Below, piece by piece: positions 38,736-52,093 of a stretch of DNA of 64,000 nucleotides. Source of the stretch: Eledone cirrhosa (lineage: Eukaryota); contig OZ024745.1 in NCBI GenBank assembly GCA_964016885.1, positions 71,548,001 through 71,612,000 of the forward strand. Direction: 5' to 3'. The notes under the pieces were generated by a model that was given only the letters and a program-made list of their open reading frames with translations, did not search any database and was not told where the DNA came from. The stretch's first letter is position 1, and the number at the start of each line of letters is the position of its first letter. A program made the position numbers and the translations under genes.

Positions 38736-40409
38736 TTATTTAAAAAATTAATGAAAAATCATGGTCAATATATTTCATTAAAAATATGGTAACACAAAAG
38801 TGTTTAATATAATATCCATTCATAAACCTCAACCAAAGGGTTGGTGTTAGGAAGGACATCCAGCCATAAAAACCATGTCGAAATATGGAACATGTGAGCA
38901 AGATGTGGTTCTCGGACCCATTTAATTTCTGACTGAAAGAAAGCTAGCTTTTGTTTTGTATGTAAAACAGCATTGCTATATAAAGCTGTTCACTTGTAAT
39001 GCAAGGATAATCAATATGTGTTGAGTGTTGAGGACATATATCAGTATTCATGTAATATTGCAGTGTAATATATATATATTTACAACTAGAATGACAAGTT
39101 TGATAATGTCCTCCCATAAACATTGTTCTTGTATGCTTTGGAAGCACAATGGGCGATGTTGTTAGCTGACATTGTTTTTCACAATACGATTTCTAATAAC
39201 AGCTCAGAAATGGCATCCTTTTATAAGATACAACTTCAGCTTTCAGTATTGATACGTCTCTCTCACCCTCTCTCTTTATCTCTTCCTGTTTGTATGTGTA
39301 AAGCTAAGCAAATGACTAACTAAATTATGACTAATCTTATGTAGAATGGAATGCTAGTTTTTCCCCTTCCATACATACTGGTTTTAATATACCAATGAGA
39401 TTCATAGAAGCAAATAAAATGAAGTTTGACCAGGAACAACAAATGATACACACTTACACTCAAAGACCCAGAAACCTAGAATTTTATTCACCTGGTCATG
39501 TTGTTTTAATAACAAGTTAGACATAGACTTTAAGTGTTTAACTTGAATGAAATAGGAACAAAGACACAAAGAGGTGTTTTTGCAAATGTCTGCATAACTT
39601 ATTTTTTAAATTGTTTGTCAGAAAAATCATAATATATAAAAGTCCGTCCGTTCCTATGCCACGATAACATACACTCAGTATATAATGTAGTATTAGTGAT
39701 AGTGCCACGATAAAATGCATTCAGTACACTTTGTTTAGTGGTAGTGATAGTACCACAATGAAGTACACCCAGTGCACTTTTTAATATGCTAGTGCTGGTT
39801 ATGATAAAATGTAATTTATACACTCTGTAAAGTGGTTGGAATTAAGAAGATAGGAGCAAAATGTGATATCTCTAATCTGTTTAGCCTCTGTTCACCTGTC
39901 CAACCCCAAAAGGTGGGGAGGATGTGTCACCCACTCACACAGACACTCATACACAATATTATTCAGACAACATCACTCTTCACTTTTCAATAACATTTCC
40001 CACACAGTTGTCACCCCACACACACAACTTAGATATCTAATGTTTGACATGCTTTATGCTTATCATGACTAAAGACTTTGACAATATCCTCCACATTTTA
40101 ATGTAACACCATCCCTACTAGTTTCCTTTATTCATAATCAGAAGTTCAAACTGATACCAACCCACCTGAAGCCACCTATGGTTCTTTGATACATCTTAGA
40201 CCAGTTAGTGAAGAACACATCAATCATTTGTTTTGTTTTGAACTGTTTTTACAGGTAATAGCCCTGAAATATTATGTTGAAATATACTGGGTAAAAACAT
40301 TACTTTTTGTTTTATTTGTCATCCTTTGCCCTTTATATATTTCTACTGGCTTTCTGAAACTTATTCGTCAGTAAATTTTATATTGGAGCTGTGTCAATTG
40401 TCAAGGTTT

Positions 40410-40635
40410 GCTGCGACCTATGGGCATGTGGCTAGAATGTCTCAAGAAAGAATCGATGGACAGATTTTATGGGCAAAGCCAACTGGCAGGAGCCCCAGTG
40501 GTAGACCCCGAGCAAGATGGTTGGATAACATTCATGGTTGCTTCTGACAGGACCCGCTGGACGGAGTGTTTGAGGACTCTGCCCCCCTGATACTCCCAGA
40601 AATAAGTGGACAAAGAAGAAGAAGAAGAAGAAGAT
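40410..40635 (+). mobile_element. RTE LINE 3' end, copy 2
   Basis: YGHVARMSQER..GRPRARWLDNI..DRTRW..LRTLPP* followed by (gaa)n. Confidence 0.8.
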
Positions 40636-42546
40636 GTTATGATGATGAAATTAATATTTCTACACTATTATGTTCAGATATATACAAATAGAAAAGAGTT
40701 AGCCAGACTTATTTGTTTTGTTAGTAGGCAGTGTGTTTTAGTACATAGAAACATTGGTATTAACACCAGTATTATGACTATCAGTCATTGTTTTTGTTTT
40801 ATTATTCACATAAAATTATGATGTAATATTTTAAATTTAAATATCTGTTTTTCAAGAGATAATTTTGTATCATAGAATGAGGGGTAATTTCAGGCAGGTT
40901 GTTATTAAAAGGGCTAACACCACAACTAGGCTATTAGGTATCTTTAACAGAGTCTATACCATTGTATGTATGCAGTCAAATACATGTCAAAAATGAAGAT
41001 AACTTGCATTCTCTCACCCAGCAGTCCAGAGGCCTTGAGAAAACGTCATGGCCCTTCATAGTCTGAGTAAACCATATAAAAAAGATAAAATATTATAAAA
41101 AAGATAAAATATAATGCTAATGATCGCTATCATCAGTGGATGATGCCAAGAGTGGTTTGGTTTGCCTCAAAAACTTTTAGAGGGCAAACACAACATTCCC
41201 AGTTGTAGAATGCAATTGAGCCTGCATGTTTTCCCCATTCTTTCTGACCCCTTTTTATTGATATGTTTCTTTTGTAAATCATAAAAAAAGAAGACATTTT
41301 CATTTTAATTAATCACAGAGTTATAGCATGACAGACCAAGTAGGTGATGGATTAATTCTTTAATTGCTTTTCTTTTCAAATTATATTCACATTGTTTATA
41401 TCAAAATAATGCATTTTTGTAGATGTGTTCAAGCAAGGTGTATCATCATCATCATCATCATCACGATTTTACATTTATTTTTCATGCTGGCATACATTAA
41501 ATGAGTTGTCATGTTCTGAGACTAGACAGGTCAGATGACCATGTTTTGTTAATATTTTATATGCATTTTTCTTTATTGTGGCACCAGTACTACCACCTTA
41601 CAGAGTGGACTGGGTGCTTTTTATCATGACACCAGCATTACATATAAATGTATTCTGAAAAAAAAGATGCCACCTTTTCTTCAGAAAATAAATTTTACTC
41701 TCTTCTCCGATGAATTGAGTGCTCATGTCATAAATGTTATATGTATGTAAGTACATAAAACATTAACCTCTGTATATAAGTATATATATATATACACACA
41801 TGTTGTAAAGTGATTGGTGATAAGAAGGGCATTCAGATATAGAAAGCCTGCCAAACAAAGGATATGGAGGACCTTCCAATTATGTCAAAGACATGCAACC
41901 TCCTCTGTGCATTCGATAGAATATAAGATCATACGTAAGTGAGATGCATCCCCACACATCTGGCCTATCTGTGAGGTCAGTAGCCCCTGTTAACAGGGAA
42001 AGTAAACGTTAAATAATGATGATGCTGATGATGATATATATATATCAACGTCAGCATCATTTTACATGTTGTTCCATGCTTGCATGGGTCCTTCTCAGTA
42101 CAGCATCTCTCTATTTGTTGTGTTCCTTTGTTATCTTCTCCATGAGCTTTAGTGATCTGAGATCAGCTTTCACCACTTTCATCTATGTCTATATATATAT
42201 AATTAATGAATGAAACAAACAAAACACAGGAGGCAATTTTGACAGTTATATTAGGTTCACGCTTGATGGAAGTGGAGTATCTATATAATTATATATGTAT
42301 GTGTGTGTGTATGATACACCTCTCAGGCAGGCTTTGTGATAGATTTAAACTCAAAAGTCATTCACCCTGTTTTTCTCACTCTCAATAGAAAATATGAGAT
42401 TAAACAGAATAATGATAATGATGATAATAATAATAGTAATAGCACAAACAAATAAATATATATAGATAGATAAATGTAGGCAGTAAAATTAATAGTATTA
42501 TAACTAATAGAATTTATAAATATATAACTAACTGAAAATACAAAAT

Positions 42547-42770
42547 TTCTTCTTCTTCGCCCACTTATTTCTGAGAGTGTCATGGAAGCAGAGTCCTCAA
42601 AAATTCCTTCCAATGGGTCCTGTCATAAGCAACCATCTCCAACTCATCTGACTGGATCCCCAAGTGAGACCAGCCAAGCTCATGGATGTTATCCAACCAT
42701 CTTGCTCGGGTCTTCTGCCAGTTGGTTTTGCTTGTAAATTCTTTCCTGAGACATTCTAACCACATGTAAC
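42547..42770 (-). mobile_element. RTE LINE 3' end, copy 3
   Basis: RARWLDNIHELGWSHLGIQ..DRTHWKEFLRTLLP* followed by (gaa)n. Confidence 0.8.
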
Positions 42771-43357
42771 AGCAAACCTTGACAATTAACACCGCTCCAA
42801 TATAAAATTTATTGATAAAAAACGTTAAAGCATACATTATATGAATATCAACAACACAAGATATAGTTTTTATCACTTATTTTTATCGATATTGGTAGAG
42901 TGTTGGATAAAATACTTTGCCGTATGACTTTCTACATTTTGAGTTCAAATCTTGTTGAGGTAAGCTTTGTCTTTTATTCTTCCAGGGCCAATAAGATAAA
43001 GTACTAATTAAATAATAGGGTTGATATAATCAACTCTCTCATCCCTTAGAAATTATCATTTATTTTTTATTGATAATTTTTGGAATACTTTGGATGTATG
43101 TAGACTTTCGGTATTGATTGAAGTTTAGGAATGGAATCTTCTTAAATTGATGTGGTAATGAATTTTTGAGGTAACAAATGAGTTCTGTAGCAAATAGGAT
43201 TTATTACTAAAGGGTAAACTGAATTTGAATAAATTACTTTAAAAAGATGCTGACAATTTGGGAATGTTGATTCATTCAAAATTGTTGCATCCAGATCACA
43301 GAAGCTGGTTCAAATTGGACTTCATAAAAATGCTCTTACAAAAGTATGTATATATAT

Positions 43358-43396
<39 letters not shown>

Positions 43397-44965
43397 TGTA
43401 TGTATCCAATCCAAGGCTTTCTCATTCTTCTTGGAGGAGTCCCTCCCTGATTGACCTCTACCACTTTCTGTTTGGTTTTGGTCATGTCAGGTGTGTAACC
43501 TTACACACCACACGTGACTAACTTGGTGTTGGAGAGGCTATTTAACCCACATGCTGGGGATGTGGTGACGCAACAAAAAAGCACACAGTCCACCCTGTAA
43601 AGTGGTAATGTTGGTGACACAACAAAAATCACCCAGCTCAACCTGTCTGTTGGTTGTTTTGGTGCCACAATAAAAAGCATCCAGTCTTGGCTGTAAATGT
43701 GGTTGGCATTAGCAAGGGCATCCAACCATAGAAACCAAGCCAGAAATAGTTCTGTATGAGCAAGACACAGTCAACTGATCTGACTTGTCTCACAATGGGA
43801 CAACTCATCTAACCCATTCTAGCATAGAAAATGTATGTTAAACAGTAATGATACATACATATATTTGTATAAAAGTTGTCCCCTATTTTTTATCCCCATA
43901 TTTGGGTTTTTCCACATATCTCATTTAAAATTTGTCCCCAGTTCTTCACACATACCAGTTCAATATTTGTGAAAATGGTTTTATGATGAACAATAGTTGC
44001 AATGAGAATATATATGAGCTAAGAAACATTATTTATGTGGTTTGGTTGTACAAAGTATTATTCATCTAGAGTCTATTTGAGCTTCTGCTTCTTGATACAA
44101 TATTTTGAGTTTTTAGTTTGAATTTCAGTCCCTCAAATCTAGCACACATGTAATAATTGACCACATAAATTTTACCTAAAAAAATAGTCTAAAAGATTTT
44201 ACTTTTACATGAGTATATATGGTGTGCGTAGGTGTGTCCATGTCTAGTAACTTTTTAACACCAAATGAAATTGATAAAATATGTAACAGACTTGTAAAAT
44301 ATTTACTGAGATTGATATGATCCCTTTAAGGAGGTGCTCCAGCATGGCTGCAGTCAAATGACTGAAATAAGAAAAACAATATGAAAAATATCACTGAGTT
44401 GAAGAGACCTCAGTGAACTTATCTATCTGATTATCTTTAACACAGAAATCTTATAAACATCCTTGACAAATGGAGCAGATATACATGAAGATATTTTAAT
44501 TCAAGCAGGTAGCAGGATATCTAATATTTAACTACTACATATAATATAGTTGTTGTATAATCATTAAAGAAGGCCAGTGAAGTGTACAGATGGTTGTGTG
44601 GTTAAAGAGTTTGTTTCACAACCACATGTGGCCTGTGAGCCACAGTTTGCCCATAACTGCCATAAGTGTTATTAGGGGATCAGAGAGATTATTTTGCAGT
44701 ATTCATTTTGGCTCTTTCTGTTCTGAGATCAAATCCCTCTGAAGCCAACTTGACCTTTCATCCAGCCTAGTACTGGCATTGATTCTCTTCCCCCACCCTC
44801 TCTCTCTTTCTTTTTGGAAAAAATTGGGCCTAGTTAAACTCAGAGGTGGGCAGATCAGGCCTTAGAAAGAATTCTGAACTTTGCAGATAAATTGCAAAAA
44901 ATTCAAGATACATGGAAATACAAGGGCTGCCAGAATCATAATAAGTGGGAAAACTCTGACATTAA

Positions 44966-45211
44966 CCCTTTCATTACCATATTTCTAAAGAAAGTCACAG
45001 CCTATGATTTTCATATAATTTTGAAAATAATCAAAGGTTTAGTGCAACAACTAACTTTATCCTTATTAAGCTGATTCTCAAAACATAGCTGAACAAAGAT
45101 TTTTACCTAAAATTATAATGGAACGTTTAAATTTAAATATGAACATTTTAAAGTAAATTGTTTGTCGCCGTAGAACTGGGGATGGTTTCAGGTGAGCTGG
45201 TAACAAAAAGG
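44966..45211. mobile_element. Second piggyBac-type MITE family (related pieces at about 1090-1296, 5393-5540, 36469-36879, 38170-38267)
   Basis: Termini TTAA|ccctttcattacca...tggtaacaaaaagg|TTAA, with a shared AT-rich body among copies. Confidence 0.65.
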
Positions 45212-45409
45212 TTAAAAATATTTTTTAATCCCAAGTCATCCCTGATTTAGTAGATGTATGATCAAAAGTGATCCAAACATAGCTATGTTTTACCAAACCC
45301 TCTAATGTTTTTCATTTCTTATTAAGATGGTAGAGTGTGATCTGAGGGAGATTTGGGAGCCATTTCTAGCTGGTCATGCAACTACATAAACACTTCTGCA
45401 TTGCCTCAT

Positions 45410-45650
45410 AACAATGATGATGGCAATGGTGTGATGATGATGATGATGATGATGACAATGGTGTGATGATGATGATGATGATAAGGGTGTGGTGATGATA
45501 ATGATACTGAGGATGAAGATGTTGATGAGGATGATGATGATAGTGGTAGTGGTGGTAATGGTGGCAATAATGATGGTAATACCAATGATGATTGCAACGA
45601 TGTCAATAATGAGAATGTTGATGATGATGTTGATTATGTTAACAAGGATG
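45410..45650. repeat. Degenerate (ATG/GTG)n trinucleotide tract
   Basis: Direct inspection. Confidence 0.85.
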
Positions 45651-46671
45651 ATTCTCAGCTCATGCCAATTTCATTGGTGACATTTATAGATGTTTTACTG
45701 TTCTCCTTTTAATGTCTTCTTCCATGCATGTAGTATAAGTTAAATCCTTCATTCTCAGTAATTCAATTTGTTTGTTTTTATATTTCTATTAGCTGTTACC
45801 ATGTTTCCTAGTTTTAAAAGAGTGGATCGTAACAGAGAAATATGTTGTCTATTCATAATTTTCAAATGTCAAGCATCTTTTCACAGTAAAAAAAAATGTG
45901 CCCCAAAATGAAATACCATTGTTATTAACAAGAGTTTGCAATGTTAGATATATAAACATCAAAGCACAAATGTGGCTGTATGATTAAAGATTTTGCTTCA
46001 CAATCATGAGGTTTTAGGTTCATTCTCAGTGCACATAGCACCTTGGAAAATGCTTTCAACTATAGCACTGGCTTGATCTAGGTCATGGGATTGAAATTTG
46101 GTAGATGGAAATATATATATAGATAGATATGTAAAATAGCAACAGCGACACCAAGTGGTTTTGGCTTGTGTGTTTAGCAAGCCTTTTCAAGTACTCACAT
46201 GATTAGTGGTCTCCTCGGTCATAGCACCGCAGACTCTATTTATAGACCATGTCTCACTCGCATGGAAGCGTCTGCCAGAGACGCTTCCGTGCAAGCGAGA
46301 CATGGTCTCCCGACCATTCCCGCATCAAAAGGAACAAAACTGTCTAACCTCTGCTAGCGTGGAAGATGGGCATTAAACGATGATGATGATATATATATTA
46401 TATATATATATATATAATTTTTTCATCTATTATTTATAGTTATCAACTATTGTTATAGTCATTTGCATTGGAGCAACTACATTTTAAATATATATATATC
46501 ATCATTGTTTAATGTCTATTTTTCATGCTTGCATCTGTTAGATGGATTGTCACATTATGAGGCTAGGCAGTTCAGGTGACCACATCTTGTTTATCTGATC
46601 CAATTTTGGCTTATTTTTCTATGGCTGGATGCCCTTCCTAACATCAATCACATTATAGCATGTACTGGGAA

Positions 46672-46950
46672 CTTTTATTGTGGTACCAGCATGACTACCT
46701 TACAAAGTTGACTGGGTGCTTTTTGTCACAGCACCAGCATGACCACCTTACAGAGTGGACTGGGTGCTTTTTGCTATGGCGCCAGCATGACCAGCTTACA
46801 GGGTTGACTAGGTGCTTTTTGTCATGGCACCAGCATGACCAAATCGCAAGATTGACTGGGTTCTTTTTATCATGGCACCAGCATGGCCACCTTACAGGGT
46901 GGACTGGGTGCTTTTTGTCATTGCACCAGTATGACAACTTACAGAGTGAG
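46672..46950. repeat. 48-bp minisatellite, about 6 copies, within a family C SINE
   Basis: ccag(c/t)atg recurs at 46686, 46734, 46782, 46830, 46878 and 46926. Confidence 0.9.
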
Positions 46951-47339
46951 CTGATTGGATTTTATATAATTTTGGGATTTATTGAGTTCATAATTGTTTA
47001 TAAGCAACATGACTCAATATATCAGAGGTAACCCATCCAGTCCGCTGGGGTTGTGGGGATGCCAGCACGTGGTACCCCATTTGCTCACCATACGGATTAA
47101 TAGGCAAAGTTGTAAACTATTGTAAATAAATCTATTTATGTTTAAAAAAAAAAAAAAGTTCATTGTTTTAGAGTGACTGCTAATAATTTGATTTTGAAAG
47201 GACTTTGAACAAAATTCAAGGACAATGTGCAAAATTTGGACAGAAAATGACGACAATAAATACACAAGAAAAACACATATATGTCTTTGTCTACCTTTGT
47301 TTCCAGCGGTACTTTACTCAATTTATTCAACTAACATTT

Positions 47340-47995
47340 ATAGTTTTGCCCTGGACACCAAATATTCACACTGCAAGAAATCATGGGAGTATTGCTAAGA
47401 GCTATATTCTTTTTTTGTAGACCTTGAAAAGGCATATGACCACATTCCTCAAGACCTGCTGTGGAAGGTTCTGCAGGAGTATGGGATTGATGGTCAACTT
47501 CTTGAGCCTGATGTCTCTATACGAATTTGTGTTTGGATAAATGGTGTTAAATCAAAATCATTCAATGTGGGAGTTGGACTCCGCCAAGGATGTGTACTGT
47601 CACCTCTTCTGTTCATTATTTTCAAGTACCAGTAATGTACTGGGTAATTGCTGGCCTTGTGCCAAAAGTAGAAACAATTATTTTCATGAACAGGATTGAC
47701 ATGCGCAGCCAGGCTGGAAGTGGTACCATGATTGACGGGTGTAGAATCAGTTGGCTGGAATTTGCAGATGATATGGTGTTACTTAACTCAACAGAAGGTG
47801 ATCTCCAACTTTCACTTGACAGGTTTGATGCTGAGTGCTGCATGGCTGGAGTGAAAATCAGTGCTGCAAAAACTGAGACACACATCTTCTCAAGGAAGCC
47901 TGTGCAGTGCACTCTACATGTGAATGGAGTTCTGCTGAGGCCAGTGGAGAAGTTCAAACAATTTGGAGACGAGTGATGGAAGGCAGGAATTGTGA
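47340..47995 (+). mobile_element. RTE LINE reverse-transcriptase fragment interrupted by a short SINE
   Basis: Motifs FVDLEKAYD, GLRQGCVLSPLLF, FADDMVLL and GVKISAAKT. A SINE piece at 47625-47676 lies between attattttca duplications. Confidence 0.85.
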
Positions 47996-49547
47996 CCTAA
48001 AGAGAAGCCATAGCAAAAGAAATAAGCAGGAATAGCTAGTGATGTATAAGAAAGAATTTTAGAGTTTCTTTAAAGTCTTGAAATTTCCATTGGGTTTTAT
48101 AACATTCTGTGACATGATCAAAAAGTTCTAGAACATTCTAAGACAAAAAAAGCGGTTGGACAATCAAGGGTACAAATATATCATTCACAGAGAAGGAGTA
48201 TTAAATGGACAAGGCAAATCCACTTCCTTAGTCTATCTGAAGGTAGGGTGAATCTATTCTACAAATTTATCGACATAAGAAGGATGATCAACAAAGTTGA
48301 CCTCAGCAAGGTTTGAACTCAGAAATCAAAGGGCTGTAATTATGTATTTTATCCGACGCTCTGACGGTTTGCTAAAACAGGGATTCAGATTATTATTGTC
48401 ATTTATACAAAACAAAAATGGTATTATGCTAATGATGATGATAATGATTGTCTTCTACATTTTCTGCACATTTATCTTATTTTATTCAATTCATGTAAAT
48501 TCTCAAATATATTTCTATAATTTAAATAAAAAAAATATATATATTGTACTGATATAAGTGAAACGTTTAAAATAAACACGAATTGTTAAATATTAGTATA
48601 TCACAGAGATTCTTGGAAATTCATTTTATTAAACTAAATCAAAATGTTAATTCAGCTTCTATCCTCCTTTTGTAAAAATGTAGAAAGAATAATAGATTAA
48701 TTTAAGAAGAGGGGAAAAAGAAGAGAAGTCACAGCAAATATAATTACATAACATCACGTGAGACGGTTGATCCTCCAGGGACTCTTCTCTTAATCACTGC
48801 TTCTACTTCAACATATGATTGTATAATTAATTTTAGCAAATATTTGTATTTTTATAAAATTAATTACGGTGTGCATCCTTCATTATAAAAAAATATTAAA
48901 TAATTATATTTTGATAACCGATTAATATAAGCTATATAGATATTTGTAGATAGCATTGAATTATTATTATTTTTTCTGGTTGCTAAAGTTTCGGTCGATA
49001 CGATCCTAAAAGAACAGTAAAGGGAATATATACGTATACAATAATACAGTTAATTAGGTGCATTAGATATGTGCATTATAGATATAATTATGCTGTCGTG
49101 TACATAAATATATGCAGTATCTTACGTAGGCAAATTTCTGTCGTCTTTTTTTCAAAGTTGTCAAAACAAAACTTCAATATTCCCCTTTATTGTCATAATA
49201 ATCTAACGTTCCCTCCTTTCTTTTATTTCATATCTGATTTACACCCCTAACTCGTTCATCTTCTATTAAGCATTCATCAAAGAATTTCCCATCCTTGAAA
49301 AGTCCTAATTTTCTTCAGGGAATAAACATCGCAATTACTATCCAATAATGTCATACGACATTTTTCAGAGCTAGCTTTTATTATTAGGTTTGCGCTCATT
49401 CAAATATTATTTATATCATACTACTGTGTTGCATGCGAATATATTTCTTCACTTCATTAATTATCAAGAATATATATATATATGTGTGAAGAGGATGCAA
49501 TGTCCCAGCCCAGCCACGAATAAAAAGATCAATTCATATTTTTTTTT

Positions 49548-49945
49548 TACTTATTAGCTAACAGTGAAGGGGTCTATTAATTACTTTATATATATTAGTA
49601 CTTGTTAATGTTATAGTAGAACTAGTAAGCCAAGTTATGTATGTGTGTTAAAAAACATTTGTTTATTTTTTATATTTTGTTTTACTTACTAACAGTGTCT
49701 GCCACTAGTTATATTAATATAATTATTATTAGTACTTATTTGTGTGGTTATAGTAGAATTAGTAAGCGTAGCTAAATTTAAGCTAAGTTATGCATGTGTA
49801 TTGAAAAAAAAACAATACAAAAAAAATTTTTGTATCTTAAAAAAAAGTTATTAATAGTAACGGCTATTACTAATATTAATTAAATTAATATTAGTACTTG
49901 TTGGTGTTGTTATAGTAGTAAGTGAAACTAAGCTATGTATGTCTG
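49548..49945 (+). repeat. Diverged tandem triplication directly upstream of the dynamin promoter
   Basis: attagtactt.t..tg..tatagtag...agtaag..aag.tatg.atgt.t.tt occurs three times (about 49548, 49682, 49845). Confidence 0.7.
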
Positions 49946-49949
49946 TTGC

Positions 49950-50288
49950 GTTGTGTGTTGTGAGGTTGTGCAGCTCTGTGCTTAATACGTTAATTGCAGT
50001 AGGATGTAAGCGGCCCTACGTCAGCCGACCATTTCAGTGAGAGAGAAGAACTAATTCCGCCATCATGACAAACTGACCACAGTTGGAGCTGTCAGAAGCT
50101 GGCCAACCCGATCACTCACTCACACACATACATACAGACAGACACAGACAGATATTCTATTCCACAAGGGATTTATTAAAAACAAATTATTTTAAATCAC
50201 GTGTGAAAGGAGGAACGAACGAACGTAAAAGAGTGAGAGTGTGGTGAAAGAAGTCGAGTAAGAAAAACCCTCTCTTAAAAATTCAAAA
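49950..50288 (+). promoter_or_regulatory. Dynamin promoter/5'UTR region
   Basis: CpG-retaining stretch upstream of the ATG with an ACGTCA half-CRE (about 50018), a YY1-like CCGCCAT (about 50057) and an E-box CACGTG (about 50198). TSS not determined. Confidence 0.45.
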
Positions 50289-50452
50289 ATGTCGGGTAAT
50301 ATGGGTATGGAGCAACTTATTCCTATAGTAAATAGGTTGCAGGACGCTTTTGCCACCCTCGGGGTGCCCATCTCTTTGGATCTGCCGCAGATAGCTGTTG
50401 TTGGAAGTCAAAGTGCAGGAAAGAGCAGTGTGTTAGAAAATTTTGTTGGCAG
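50289..50452 (+). CDS. DNM: Dynamin (classical), first coding exon: GTPase N-terminus with P-loop
   Basis: Translates as [46 protein letters not shown](R). Donor AG|gtcagt splits the Arg codon (phase 2), as in vertebrate dynamin exon 1. ENFVGR favours classical dynamin over Drp1. The exon 2 motif (DFLPRG) was not seen before 64000. Confidence 0.95.
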
Positions 50453-50667
50453 GTCAGTCAAAGTATATATATATATATAGATCTTTCAATATATTTTGTC
50501 ATACTTCTGTATATTACATATGCATATATATGTATATGTCTGGATGTGTGTGTAAATATTTCATTTCGTACTTTAACTCGTACACATCTGTAAATAAAAT
50601 ATATATGTGTATAGAATTTTATGTGCGCGTCACAAAATAGTTAATATGATCCTTTCACTCACATTTT

Positions 50668-50701
<34 letters not shown>

Positions 50702-51143
50702 GAAATGTGTATGAATAATTTTACATAGATGTCACAAAATATTTGATAATCGTTTTATATATACAAAAACATGATATTTGTATATGCTTGTGTGTGTAAT
50801 TTTATGTAGGTGTCACACAATATTTAATGTGAAACATATATATATATAATATATATATATACACATACATAATGTATGGCATTATATTGTATAGATATCA
50901 CTGAATATTTTATGCAATACCTTCACACACTATATATATTCATATGTATGTATGTATGTGTGTGGTTTTCTGTGTCACTAGATATTTAATGTCATACTTT
51001 TATATACACAATAGCTAAATATTCAAATTCACTACCATTATTCTCTTCAGAAAATATACTTTACACTTTACTGATACGTATTGAGTGCTTATTCAGTTAA
51101 TGTTTGAATGTTTTAAGTACAATGATATCTTAAACACCCACTT

Positions 51144-51197
<54 letters not shown>

Positions 51198-51521
51198 ATT
51201 CAAACGAAATGTCATCGAGTTTGGGGTATTCATGCCTACCACCTTCCTATATCGTTAATGTTTCAATTTTTATTATTTTTGGAAGTTAAAACTTAAAGAT
51301 ATTCAATGTTTTATACACACACAGAGATTCATATATATATATATATATATACATTGATTCGTTTAAAAAAGAATGTTATTGTTTGTAAAATTCGCTTTCT
51401 AGTCCTCCGTACAATATTATAAACAAATACTAAGTCTATACATTAAAATCCACTATATACTTGCTAGAAACCCTGCGTGTATATTGTTTGTTTGAGCATA
51501 ATAATTTATATACATGCATGC

Positions 51522-51559
<38 letters not shown>

Positions 51560-51967
51560 GAAAGGTATAGAAAGTATTGTAGCAAGAAGCCAACAGTATT
51601 CCATATTTATGTATAAATAAATACTTTATATTGTAATTGAATTGAGTGCCTTTCGTCTTTTCGTTGATAATTTGTATATACTTACATATACATATGTATA
51701 TATTTAAACACGTGTGTATAAATTATATATACACGTGTATGTTTGTGTATATTACGTATACATACATACGTATTATATAGAAACGCGCGCGTGTGTATAT
51801 CATACATTTGTATCACACAAACATGTGTATACAGAGGAGTTTAACTGCTGGATTGTAATATATTTGTAGACATAGATAGGGTATTGCAAATTTATTATTT
51901 CCTCTCTGAAAATATAAGATTTCATTCTTAATGTTATGTAAAACTCAAAGATTTCTTCTATCGCGCG

Positions 51968-52010
<43 letters not shown>

Positions 52011-52093
52011 TGCAGGATCCCGATGTGAAAAAGGTACTCAATACGTTAGTAGATTATAGGTATATTCATTTTTATAAACATAGAAATCACTTC

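Noticed and set aside
44445-44508. Ankyrin-like LTNGADIH segment between AG and GT
   Set aside because: Stops in all frames, and too short to support a gene or pseudogene.
46152-46195. Minus-strand UUGAAAA-GGCUUG..CAAGCC-AAAAC as a further hammerhead
   Set aside because: Both core boxes deviate and no valid cleavage triplet follows stem III. Too degenerate to support.
46672-46950. 48-bp periodic array resembling a CRISPR array or repeat protein (WHQHD..TGCF ORF)
   Set aside because: Whole units are homologous with no unique spacers. It lies inside a SINE, has no cas genes nearby and is in a eukaryotic context.
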